From assembly GCA_964448075.1 (NCBI GenBank), contig CAYUUR010000001.1:65785-129784 (forward strand): a DNA stretch of 64,000 bases, in the 5' to 3' direction. The position numbers were made by a program, and so were the translations under genes. The stretch is from an uncultured Candidatus Saccharibacteria bacterium (GTDB lineage Bacteria > Patescibacteriota > Saccharimonadia > Saccharimonadales > CAYUUR01). Shown here in pieces: positions 48,412 to 57,233 of the stretch. Below the pieces are notes generated by a model. That model ran no database searches. It saw only the letters and a program-made list of their open reading frames with translations, and was not told the origin of the DNA. How positions within the stretch are numbered: position 1 is the stretch's first letter; every line of letters begins with the position of its first letter.

Positions 48412-49449
48412 ATGCCACTAGAACAATGGTCTCAATCATCATCGGGGCTACATGTGCCTCCAGAAATAGACAACACGCCCCAACCACAAACGATTCGTCC
48501 GCATCTAGCGGACGTTTTTGTTAGTAACGAAAGTAATCCTGATTACCCACGGCCACTCCCTATCGATACCACGTTCATCGTTAATGCAGCTACTGAGCAC
48601 GGCTCGGAATTAGAAACAGCGCAAAGCCACGTTCTGAGAGGCTCCATTGAATGCGAAGACACCAGTCGATACACCGTGCTAGTTGCTACGCCTAATCAAA
48701 AAAGGACTGAAATCCCGGTCGTTTTTACGACAGCGTTGGGCACACAAGCGGAAGACCAATATAATCTTGACCTCATGCGCGAGTATCTAGACCTCGGCAT
48801 GCCCGTGTTGCTTATTGGCCCAGAAGAGAATACCTCAATACCGTTAACACTCAGTGCCCAGCACATGCATGATATTTTTGAACATTATGCAAAGTTTGGC
48901 TTGTATGACCCAACCACTGTCCGTATTACCGGGGACTCAAGAGGTGCCATGATTGGTCAATTGTTTGCGGCATATGCAGTACGGCGTGGAATTCAAGTCA
49001 TTGACGGCTGTGTTATAGACCCCTGTTTGGCTCGACAAATCCAATATACGAGTCCACGAGAAGTGTTGGAGTATCTACCTTACCTCACTGTCGAAGGTTA
49101 TTCATTCACACGACAGATCAAACGAATCGGTCTCAAAAAAGGTCTCGAACATGTGCGAAGATTGCGAATGTCACCTGGCGTTATGCTAAGAACTGGGATA
49201 CCATTGCTGTCTGGTGATGCGGGAGAGTTTTCCCGTTACATGTCTCGAGAGCAACGCCTTCATTCCATGCTTTTTCTGGCTAGTGTCGTCAATCAACACA
49301 AAGACTGGATTGAGATATACGACCCATTCCCGAACATCACATATGAACTTATCAAAGGAAGTCACTTATCGTTAATGCGTCCTGACGTATGGGATATGCG
49401 CAAAAACTATATGGCTGACAGTCGCGACACTTACACAACAGCCGCGTAA
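48412..49449 (+). CDS. Hypothetical protein, alpha/beta-hydrolase-like
   Basis: 345 aa with a GDSRG nucleophile-elbow-like motif and a late GSH motif, consistent with a Ser-Asp-His triad. The functional call is tentative. Confidence 0.5.
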   Translation: MPLEQWSQSSSGLHVPPEIDNTPQPQTIRPHLADVFVSNESNPDYPRPLPIDTTFIVNAATEHGSELETAQSHVLRGSIECEDTSRYTVLVATPNQKRTEIPVVFTTALGTQAEDQYNLDLMREYLDLGMPVLLIGPEENTSIPLTLSAQHMHDIFEHYAKFGLYDPTTVRITGDSRGAMIGQLFAAYAVRRGIQVIDGCVIDPCLARQIQYTSPREVLEYLPYLTVEGYSFTRQIKRIGLKKGLEHVRRLRMSPGVMLRTGIPLLSGDAGEFSRYMSREQRLHSMLFLASVVNQHKDWIEIYDPFPNITYELIKGSHLSLMRPDVWDMRKNYMADSRDTYTTAA

Positions 49450-50243
49450 GTATCGGGCACGTTCACTGCAACAACTGGCTCAATTATCTTTATCTTATTT
49501 GACCAAACTTCGTAAACCGGTATTTCGTTACGGGTCTTGTTGGCGGCAAGGTGAATTACGCGCCCGCCGGCTTTGCGGTGTTGCCCATTGTTCAAGTGCC
49601 AGTGTCCGGTAATCATAGTGTTGATCTTTGCCTGATCCAACACTTCGACTGCGCTCGTTGGAGAAAGCACATATTCTGGTTCATCGTGGGCCGCATCACG
49701 ACGGTATACTCCACATATTTGCAGCGGTATTGACCAGCCAAAGTCACCAGACACGCGTTTACTATTAGCTACATCCAGTTCGTTTCTTTGTTCTTCCCAT
49801 GGTTGGCTCGTTATTCCGGCATGCACAATCATAAAGCCAGGACCTTGAACGTAGGGTACGGCGCGGTTCAACACATTTTGATGATGCAAGGGCATAACTT
49901 GGTTGAGAATCGCAGCGCTCTCTGATGAGACAACGTTTGGTATTCCGTATGAAGCAAGGACTCGATCATGATATGGCCGCGCCCAAACTTGCGACCAAAC
50001 ATCACGTGCGTCTGGATCCTGCTCGTGCATTGCTGCATCAAGTATATAATCATGATTACCGAGTACCGTAATAGAGCGAGTCGTCATAGCACTGGCGAGC
50101 TCTAGAACACTTTTACTATCCGGGCCATCTACAAGATCGCCCGCCAAGATAAGATGGCCATAATGCCGCATGGCTGCCTCGAGCAATTCAGGCCTGCCGT
50201 GTAGGTCTGGAACTACCGCAAAGTTATTGTGTTCAGTAAGCAT
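49431..50243 (-). CDS. Metallophosphoesterase (calcineurin-like / ApaH-type)
   Basis: VPDLHGR, GDLVDGP, GNHD and GHWH motifs. Start set to ATG 50243. Convergent 19-nt overlap with the previous gene. Confidence 0.8.
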   Translation of the reverse strand: MLTEHNNFAVVPDLHGRPELLEAAMRHYGHLILAGDLVDGPDSKSVLELASAMTTRSITVLGNHDYILDAAMHEQDPDARDVWSQVWARPYHDRVLASYGIPNVVSSESAAILNQVMPLHHQNVLNRAVPYVQGPGFMIVHAGITSQPWEEQRNELDVANSKRVSGDFGWSIPLQICGVYRRDAAHDEPEYVLSPTSAVEVLDQAKINTMITGHWHLNNGQHRKAGGRVIHLAANKTRNEIPVYEVWSNKIKIIEPVVAVNVPDTYAAVV

Positions 50244-50283
50244 GGGGAGCAAATTTTACACCCGCGCTCAGTGGAAATCAAGC

Positions 50284-52257
50284 TTATTTTTCTTCGAGTT
50301 TCTTTTTGATCTGAGCGATTGAATCACGCAGTTCTGCTGCTTTTTCGAATTCTAGGTTTGCGGCGGCTAAATCCATCTGTGATGTCAGCTCACGAATAAT
50401 ATGCCCATACTCGTCTTTTGGAATCTTCTTAAGGTCAAGCTTCTTAACTTTCTCGCTGTCAGGAATGTCAGCACGCATGCCTTTATCTATGGCCTTAGCA
50501 ATGCCCTCAGGCGTGATGCCGTGCTCTTTGTTGTATGCTTCTTGAATCTTGCGACGACGGTTGGTTTCGCCAATTGCTCGTTCCATGCTTCCAGTTATTC
50601 GATCAGCATACATCAGTACTCGACCATCGATATGTCTGGCTGCGCGACCAATTGTTTGTACCAATGCCTGTTCACTTCTAAGGAAACCTTCTTTGTCGGC
50701 GTCAAGTATAGCAACGAGACTTACTTCTGGCAGGTCAAGACCTTCACGCAGTAAGTTTATACCAATCAACACATCATAGGTTCCCATGCGCAGATCACGC
50801 AAAATATCAGAACGATCAAGCGTATCAACATCGCTATGAAGATAAGTAACTTTTATCTTTAACTCTTGTAAGTATTCGGTTAGATCCTCGGCCATTCGTT
50901 TAGTCAGCGTTGTCACCAGAACACGTTGCCGCTTGACAGTTGTTGCTCGAATCTCAGCCAACAAGTCATCAATTTGTCCTTCAATCGGCCGCACTTCAAT
51001 CTTCGGATCGATCAGCCCAGTAGGGCGAATCACCTGCTGAGCAGGTTCTGGACTACGCGTCAGTTCGTATTCAGCAGGCGTAGCGCTGACATAAACAACG
51101 TTGTTGATATGCTTCTCGAATTCACTGAATGTCAAAGGACGGTTATCCATAGCACTTGGCAGACGAAAACCATGTTCTACCAAAACTTCCTTGCGCGCTC
51201 TGTCGCCGTTATACATACCACGGACTTGGGGCAAGGTCATGTGCGACTCATCAATAAACATCAAGTAATCATCTGGGAAGTAATCCAGTAACGTAGCTGG
51301 TTGTTCACCAGTCTCTCGGTTTGTCAGGTAACGGCTGTAGTTTTCGATACCTTTTACAAACCCTGTTTCTTCCAACATTTCGAGATCAAACTTGGTGCGC
51401 TGCTCTAAACGTTGAGCTTCTAGCAATAGACCATGCTTCTTAAAGTAAGCAAGTCGTTCCTTGAGCTCGCCCTGAATATGCACAAGTGCTTCTTTCAGCT
51501 TGTCATATGGAGTTACATAGTGACTACCAGGGAAGATCTGCAAACTATCAAGCTTATTGAGTATCTCGCCAGTCAGCGGGTCAACCTTTGTAATACGCTC
51601 TATCTCATCTCCAAAGAATTCAATACGATACGCTAATTCCTCACTTGCTGGGTACACATCAACTACGTCACCGCGCACGCGGAATGTGCCACGATGAAAA
51701 TCAATATCATTTCGCTGATACTGGATATCAGTTAACTGCCTCAGCAGCTTGTCACGCACTCGTCGTTCGCCTTTTTCAACCTTGATAGATAGCCCATCAT
51801 AATCTTCAACTGATCCGATGCCATAGATACAGCTCACGCTCGCCACAATCAAAACGTCTTTGCGTGTCAGTAACGAATCAGTCGCTGCGTGCCGCAAACG
51901 GTCAATCTCCTCGTTGATCTGACTGTCTTTTTCTATATAGGTATCTGATCTAGGGATATACGCTTCTGGCTGATAGTAGTCAAAATAGCTCACGAAGTAA
52001 TGGACTGCGTTATTTGGGAAAAAGTTCTTAAATTCGTTATATAGCTGGGCCGCTAAGGTCTTGTTGTGGCAAAGTACGAGTGTTGGCTTCTGTACTTGCT
52101 GCACGATGTTTGCCATCGTAAAAGTCTTACCCGAGCCAGTAACACCAAGTAATGTTTGTTCCCTCTGTCCTTTGTTTAGCCCCTCAACTAATTGTGCGAT
52201 CGCCGTCGGCTGATCGCCAGTCGGCTTGAACTTTGCAGTTAGTTGAAACTTTGCCAT
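50284..52257 (-). CDS. uvrB: Excinuclease ABC subunit B
   Basis: 657 aa with GVTGSGKT Walker A, helicase motifs and a C-terminal UVR domain ([11 protein letters not shown]). TGcTACAAT lies 6 nt upstream of the ATG. Confidence 0.97.
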   Translation of the reverse strand: MAKFQLTAKFKPTGDQPTAIAQLVEGLNKGQREQTLLGVTGSGKTFTMANIVQQVQKPTLVLCHNKTLAAQLYNEFKNFFPNNAVHYFVSYFDYYQPEAYIPRSDTYIEKDSQINEEIDRLRHAATDSLLTRKDVLIVASVSCIYGIGSVEDYDGLSIKVEKGERRVRDKLLRQLTDIQYQRNDIDFHRGTFRVRGDVVDVYPASEELAYRIEFFGDEIERITKVDPLTGEILNKLDSLQIFPGSHYVTPYDKLKEALVHIQGELKERLAYFKKHGLLLEAQRLEQRTKFDLEMLEETGFVKGIENYSRYLTNRETGEQPATLLDYFPDDYLMFIDESHMTLPQVRGMYNGDRARKEVLVEHGFRLPSAMDNRPLTFSEFEKHINNVVYVSATPAEYELTRSPEPAQQVIRPTGLIDPKIEVRPIEGQIDDLLAEIRATTVKRQRVLVTTLTKRMAEDLTEYLQELKIKVTYLHSDVDTLDRSDILRDLRMGTYDVLIGINLLREGLDLPEVSLVAILDADKEGFLRSEQALVQTIGRAARHIDGRVLMYADRITGSMERAIGETNRRRKIQEAYNKEHGITPEGIAKAIDKGMRADIPDSEKVKKLDLKKIPKDEYGHIIRELTSQMDLAAANLEFEKAAELRDSIAQIKKKLEEK

Positions 52258-52278
52258 CTCTCCATTGTAGCAACTCTC

Positions 52279-53010
52279 TTACAAATCTTGCATATTCTTA
52301 TACGCTTCCGCGAATGCTTTTTTCTTTGTTATCCAGACTTCTATGACTTTCTCGTCAAGATCTTGCATATCCGGTCCAGAGTTCGCGCATCCTGGGGGAG
52401 CTCCAGAAGGTGGTCGGCCCGCATAACGATAATTTGTATTGAAGCTCAGCGCCTTGGTTTCAAACGGAAAGGTAGCCGTATTTGCCTCAAAACCCTCCGT
52501 TAGCTTAGCGTTGAAATCAGCAAGAGAAATTCGACCAATCGCAAATAATCTGTCATTGAAATCCTTGCAGTATTTTCCATCAGTATTTTTTTGCGCGTCA
52601 AATCCAGCGTCTGACAAATCAATCCACTGTTCAACAGAGCCGTTCGTAGTACTGCGAACGCTGTAGTAAGCTCCTGATATTTCACTGCTCAGAGGTATTT
52701 TTGCGTCAATCTCTTTTATCTCTAGGAATTTTTGTTCTGGCTTACTAGATTCTTCTGTTGAACTATCGTCTTCGACCAAAACCTTCTGAGCAGTATTCGT
52801 GAAGGTTTTCCCGTCAGCCGAACACTGCTCTGGATAGCTTTCCATAATTGGATTGCCGGCGTCTTTGCATTCTTCGAAGGTCGTTATGTTTGGTTTGTTC
52901 TGGCGTTGATATACGTAGTAGCCCACGCCTCCGATTAGTCCCAGCACCAGTACTACGAGCAAAACCTGTCCGATACTAAAGCCCTTTTGATTTTTTGATA
53001 GTTTATGCAT
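52279..53010 (-). CDS. Secreted/membrane-anchored hypothetical protein, paralog A (pilin-like N-terminus)
   Basis: 243 aa. N-terminus is MHKLSKNQKGFSIGQVLLVVLVLGLIGGVGYYVY, followed by a Cys-containing domain (FEECKDAGNPIMESYPEQCSADGKTF) and a body unrelated to paralog B. Confidence 0.6.
   Translation of the reverse strand: MHKLSKNQKGFSIGQVLLVVLVLGLIGGVGYYVYQRQNKPNITTFEECKDAGNPIMESYPEQCSADGKTFTNTAQKVLVEDDSSTEESSKPEQKFLEIKEIDAKIPLSSEISGAYYSVRSTTNGSVEQWIDLSDAGFDAQKNTDGKYCKDFNDRLFAIGRISLADFNAKLTEGFEANTATFPFETKALSFNTNYRYAGRPPSGAPPGCANSGPDMQDLDEKVIEVWITKKKAFAEAYKNMQDL
52913..52992 (-). repeat. 80-nt near-identical module (copy 1) encoding the shared N-terminal helix
   Basis: 79/80 identical to 53561..53640 by manual alignment (single C/T difference). 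Flanking sequence diverges. Confidence 0.85.
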
Positions 53011-53022
53011 TGTTGCTCCTTA

Positions 53023-53658
53023 TTATGGAAGAGTTACGGTTGAAAGAATCTGATTAAACAGAGTTCGGACCTCGGGCTTATCCTCATCGAGTGAGTTAAG
53101 TCTAAAGAAATACTCTGTGCCATCTTTGATGGCGACAGCGGTTATGTCTGACCCATGACATTTCATGTCAGACAGAACTGCCTTTTCACCATCAATCGTA
53201 ATCTCTTGGTAATCTCCCCCACACGCCGCAGCTTCTTTAGTCTCTTTATATGCCACAACCATTGCAGCATGAGAGTCGTAACTGAGTGTCTTGCTAACCA
53301 TCACATCTAGTGAATACCCAGCGGTTACACTTGGTCCGTCTTCCCCAGGAGCTACATAATCTGCCGACACAAAATGCACAGTATCTGTCTCTCCTGGCTT
53401 GTCGACTTGCTTCCACGTTTCTGGGTACTTCATGGTTATTGTCATACCCGAGTACGCTTTCCAGTCAGCTGTTGCCGCTTTGTTCTCGTCGCTCACAGGC
53501 AGTGCAGCCTCTGACGTACTGCTTGTTTGTGGCTCTGATGTTGAAGTCTGCCGGTCATAAACGTAGTAGCCCACGCCTCCGATTAGTCCCAGCACTAGTA
53601 CTACGAGCAAAACCTGTCCGATACTAAAGCCCTTTTGATTGCTCGATACTTTATGCAT
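53023..53658 (-). CDS. Secreted/membrane-anchored hypothetical protein, paralog B (pilin-like N-terminus)
   Basis: 211 aa from MHKVSSNQKGFSIGQVLLVVLVLGLIGGVGYYVY, then a Ser/Thr linker and a beta-rich domain (KYPETWKQVD...). Start moved from 53682 to ATG 53658, which removes the overlap with the upstream gene. Confidence 0.6.
   Translation of the reverse strand: MHKVSSNQKGFSIGQVLLVVLVLGLIGGVGYYVYDRQTSTSEPQTSSTSEAALPVSDENKAATADWKAYSGMTITMKYPETWKQVDKPGETDTVHFVSADYVAPGEDGPSVTAGYSLDVMVSKTLSYDSHAAMVVAYKETKEAAACGGDYQEITIDGEKAVLSDMKCHGSDITAVAIKDGTEYFFRLNSLDEDKPEVRTLFNQILSTVTLP
53561..53640 (-). repeat. 80-nt near-identical module (copy 2)
   Basis: See 52913..52992. Confidence 0.85.
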
Positions 53659-53666
53659 TTTATTCC

Positions 53667-54251
53667 TTACTGGCTGAGCCATTTTGTTACGAGGTCATCG
53701 GTGTCGATGTCTTTTAGGTCATCGTCCAAGATAGCAATGATCTTTTTGACAAGCTTTTCTGGATCGTCATCAAATACTACCAGCTTACGACGTGGTACTT
53801 CTAGGTGTTCGAGTAGTTCCGGTATAAAATCAGCAGCTCCGCCGCTACCGAGCAACACACCACATGGCATATTTGACTCCAGCGCAGTCGTAAATTCGTG
53901 CATACTACCAATCCGACCACCCACAGTTATAATTGCGTCACTCGATTGAACTAAGTGCACGTCACGACCGACGTAATGCATGCCCGTGAAGTTCACAAAG
54001 TCATACACACCGATTGGTAAACGATACTTGTAGGCATGCTCACGCAGGCTGCTCGCTGGAGAAAAACCAATGCTCATGCCGCCAGCAGTTTTCGCAGCCT
54101 TGGCGGCAAAAAACGGCAACCCTACGGTTGCTCCAGTTGTCAAAATATGGCCTGATTGAGCGATAGCTCGGCCGACGCGCTCTGCTAACGCTTGTGATGA
54201 TTTAACTGTTTTGCCGTTTGCGGCACCAGATACACATATCGAATATCGCAT
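53667..54251 (-). CDS. TIGR00725 / LOG-like Rossmann-fold protein (paralog 2)
   Basis: 194 aa with ICVSGAANG at the N-terminus, TTGATVGLPFFAAKAA and VGGRIGSMHEF (a variant of PGGxGTxxE). Acidic C-terminal tail. Begins 3 nt after the upstream gene. Confidence 0.7.
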   Translation of the reverse strand: MRYSICVSGAANGKTVKSSQALAERVGRAIAQSGHILTTGATVGLPFFAAKAAKTAGGMSIGFSPASSLREHAYKYRLPIGVYDFVNFTGMHYVGRDVHLVQSSDAIITVGGRIGSMHEFTTALESNMPCGVLLGSGGAADFIPELLEHLEVPRRKLVVFDDDPEKLVKKIIAILDDDLKDIDTDDLVTKWLSQ

Positions 54252-54253
54252 AG

Positions 54254-55510
54254 CTATGCTTTCCCCAGCTTTTCGGGCGCAATCATGTCGTTGTCAAGCT
54301 GTTCAAGTACTTGCTGTTCAAGCGTTTTTTCACCCATATAGCGAATAAACAACTCATTCCACAGACTCTCTTGGAAGTGATAGTAGTAGCGGTCTTCGAA
54401 GTGTTCTTCGTTCGAATAGGCAAACGCCACGTCCATCAGATTCAAGGCAATAGGTCCGGTCTTATCTGGTCGTGCAACGTAATCTAAGTCTCGCCAAAAA
54501 GCCAGCTTCTCGTCTAGTTCGTACAATGAGTCCTCGGCTTTGCGCCAGTGCAAATCCTCAGGCTGCACGTGGGGCTGGAAGGCTTCAGGATGCGAAGTGT
54601 CTTTGTGGCGCCCAAGATACTGCTGAATAACTCGCCAGTGGATATGCTGACCGGCCATAACAGCGGCGTTCTTGGGGTCAGCATTTATGGTATTGACTAC
54701 ATCTACCCCAAAATGAGCCCGCGTAGAGATGAACTTAAAGAATGCGCTGTATAAACGAATCTCATTTACATAATGAAACAGGAGAGACATCGTCTTAAGT
54801 GGTAGGCCACGCATTTTTTCTCGCCGCATAGGCAATACCACAATGATCCCCATTTCTTTGGAATGCGTTACATTGTGGAGCTTTTTCTTTGTGAAAGCAT
54901 CTGACAGCTCAACCCACTTATCATGATCCATCTCAACGATCTCGATCTTACGCTCTTCAAAATCTTTCGGTTTAATCGTTTTCATCAGCTCATTAAACTT
55001 ACTGAGCCATTCGGGACCTTCCGAGAACCTTAATCCGACGTACATTTCACTAAAAGGTTCGTGCTTAAGCATGCTGTCAATTGATCGATAACCAAGTTGT
55101 GCCATCATCTTCTTCGGTGGCATTTTTTTGAGCATCCGCTTAGCAACGGAACGCTTTAGCGCCCAACACTTCATCGGGACACCTGAACTTCGTACAGTTT
55201 GTACTATCGGTGAAACGAGCTTCCTGATTTCTTCTGTACCTTTGGGAAGCTTGAGTATTTCAGTAGTAATACGGTCATTGTCATCTCTAACGCGATTCAG
55301 TAGCGCATAGTACAGTTCTTTACCCGTAGTGTCGTTTGGGTCAAGCCCCAGCTCTTTTGTCTTTAGGTTCACTTGCCCAACGATTTCGGCAGTTAGCCTG
55401 ACATCGGCACTCGGGTTGCCACTCGCTTTTTCTAGATCACGAATCGCCATCGTAAATAAGGGCTCTTCGGCAGTCAATAACTCTGATAATAACCGTGACA
55501 TCTTAGTCAT
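54254..55510 (-). CDS. Hypothetical protein (418 aa), no recognisable domain
   Basis: Long ORF with a Lys-rich segment (KRSVAKRMLKKMPPKKMM). Tightly coupled to the LOG-like gene. An alternative start at ATG 55501 is possible. Confidence 0.6.
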   Translation of the reverse strand: MTKMSRLLSELLTAEEPLFTMAIRDLEKASGNPSADVRLTAEIVGQVNLKTKELGLDPNDTTGKELYYALLNRVRDDNDRITTEILKLPKGTEEIRKLVSPIVQTVRSSGVPMKCWALKRSVAKRMLKKMPPKKMMAQLGYRSIDSMLKHEPFSEMYVGLRFSEGPEWLSKFNELMKTIKPKDFEERKIEIVEMDHDKWVELSDAFTKKKLHNVTHSKEMGIIVVLPMRREKMRGLPLKTMSLLFHYVNEIRLYSAFFKFISTRAHFGVDVVNTINADPKNAAVMAGQHIHWRVIQQYLGRHKDTSHPEAFQPHVQPEDLHWRKAEDSLYELDEKLAFWRDLDYVARPDKTGPIALNLMDVAFAYSNEEHFEDRYYYHFQESLWNELFIRYMGEKTLEQQVLEQLDNDMIAPEKLGKA

Positions 55511-55555
55511 AGATTACCACAAGCGTAATAACAGCGTAAAGCAAAGTATCCGCTT

Positions 55556-56341
55556 ATGCTTGCAATCACAACTATTCCCAATCATAGTGACGGCATTATG
55601 TTTAGACCTAACAGAGCTGTTGGCATATCTGAAAAAGCTGGTCAGAGTCTCGAGAAACTCGCGTCAGCCCTGTCGTTAAGTCGCGTCGTTGGCGGGATTG
55701 CTATTGCTAACCATATCGAAAAAACGCCCGACTACCAAAGCTGGAAGCTTGCGTTTACCTTCGGAGCCCTGGCTGCCACTGATTTTGTGGATGGTAAGCT
55801 TGCGCGCTACGGTAGAAAGCTTCAGGGCAAGAACGAAGCAGTCCGTCGACCGTTCAGTGCCTATGTTGATCAGTTATCTGACAAAGTCATGATTGATGCC
55901 ATAATGGTGGCTGTCGCAAAGCGCGAAGGTCAAAACGGTCATTACACGTACTCACAGGCCATGAGCGGCGCCGCACTAGTAGATATAGGCAGGAACGTAC
56001 TTATTACACGTGATCGCATTAACGCCGACAGACAGAACATCGACTCTCGTGCCCAAAAAGGCGGTAAACTGAAGGCACTCGAACAAGACCTCGTCGTTGG
56101 CGCCGCATTAAGCCCGCTTTCAAAGAATCGTGTCGGACGCTTCATTGTCGGTATTGCTGCAGCACATGCTGAATTTGAAGCTGTAAAAAGTGGTATCGAC
56201 CTCCATGCATCGTTTGAGATATCACGCAATCAGCTGATGAACCAAGACGTACCTGAAGCTAGAGTTGAGCAACTACAACCTTCATTGGATCAATCGTGGC
56301 ATGTAAGCGCAGAATACCTGGCTTGGCACCAAGCTGAGTAA
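55556..56341 (+). CDS. Divergent CDP-alcohol phosphatidyltransferase-family protein
   Basis: DFVDGKLAR matches Dx2DGx2AR, and SAYVDQLSDK matches Gx3Dx3D with G replaced by S. The inter-motif spacer is 16 instead of 8 residues. The 3' end overlaps the pfkB gene convergently by 83 nt. Confidence 0.5.
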   Translation: MLAITTIPNHSDGIMFRPNRAVGISEKAGQSLEKLASALSLSRVVGGIAIANHIEKTPDYQSWKLAFTFGALAATDFVDGKLARYGRKLQGKNEAVRRPFSAYVDQLSDKVMIDAIMVAVAKREGQNGHYTYSQAMSGAALVDIGRNVLITRDRINADRQNIDSRAQKGGKLKALEQDLVVGAALSPLSKNRVGRFIVGIAAAHAEFEAVKSGIDLHASFEISRNQLMNQDVPEARVEQLQPSLDQSWHVSAEYLAWHQAE

Positions 56342-57233
56342 CGACGCTGGTTGAATTAGCACTCGCAAAGGTCATAGCCGTCTCAATTGAACTGCCACTC
56401 GCAATCTTTGCCACAAAACCACTCGTAAACGCGTCGCCGGCTCCACTCCGATCGATAACCTTGACGTCCTTATACAATCCCGCCCGATAGATGTTCTGTC
56501 CGTCACAGGCAATTGAGCCTTTAGGACCGTCAGTAACCAGCACGAGGGGTACAATCCGTGTGGCTTTTTGTAGCAGTGTCTTGGTGTCGTTTTCTGGGAT
56601 CAGCTGCTGCATTTCTTCTTTGTTCACGCTCAATATGTGGCACGACTTCATCAGCTCCAGAAATTCTTTGCGGCGAGCAAGTTCACCTTTGCCAGGATTA
56701 ACCGCCACCCGAATACCATGCGTTTTTGCGTAGCTAATGATACGCTTTAGGGCGTCAAAGTCCCCGGAAAGTGAACTCACATAGAACCAGTCGGCTTCGA
56801 CACCATGGAAATGACTATCCTTAAGATCGTAGTGATTAGAAGCACCACGATAAGTCAGAATAGTCCGCTCGCCATTTGGCGCCAGCATGAGTACTGAATA
56901 CCCAGTGTTGTACTGCTTTGATTCGAGGACTAGTGTTGTATCCACTTGGTCAGCATGCAGTGCATCAAGTACTGCACGACCAGCAATATCCTGACCAATA
57001 CGACCCATATACATACTATGAAGGCCTTGACGTGCAAATGTGACACTCGCATTCGTAGCGCCACCGCCAGTAGAAAACACCACTTCTTCAACTTCATTCT
57101 TACTCCCGAGTGTAAACTCGGCTTTCAGACCATCATCTTCACGCTCTGGACGAAATATCTTACCTAGTAAAAAAACATCCTGTACTGCTGCACCAATAGA
57201 CACGATCCGCGGCACCGCGGCGTTCCTAGCCAT
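56259..57233 (-). CDS. pfkB/ribokinase-family sugar(-phosphate) kinase
   Basis: IVSIGAAVQDVF at the N-terminus, GGGATNASV, and the C-terminal DRSGAGDAFTSGF anion-hole motif. Start set to ATG 57233 (8-nt overlap with fba). Confidence 0.85.
   Translation of the reverse strand: MARNAAVPRIVSIGAAVQDVFLLGKIFRPEREDDGLKAEFTLGSKNEVEEVVFSTGGGATNASVTFARQGLHSMYMGRIGQDIAGRAVLDALHADQVDTTLVLESKQYNTGYSVLMLAPNGERTILTYRGASNHYDLKDSHFHGVEADWFYVSSLSGDFDALKRIISYAKTHGIRVAVNPGKGELARRKEFLELMKSCHILSVNKEEMQQLIPENDTKTLLQKATRIVPLVLVTDGPKGSIACDGQNIYRAGLYKDVKVIDRSGAGDAFTSGFVAKIASGSSIETAMTFASANSTSVVTQLGAKPGILRLHATIDPMKVVVAQL

Noticed and set aside
52913-53640. The 80-nt direct repeat, considered as a mobile element, IS end or CRISPR-like repeat.
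   Set aside because: There are only two copies, both in frame at the 5' ends of paralogous genes and encoding the same hydrophobic helix. There is no transposase, no spacer-repeat periodicity and no terminal inverted repeats.
56356-56382. A third TTAGCACTC (CIRCE left arm) inside the 3' end of the pfkB kinase gene.
   Set aside because: The sequence 9 nt downstream is ATAGCCGTC, not GAGTGCTAA. There is no inverted repeat, it lies inside coding sequence, and it is a half-site by chance.
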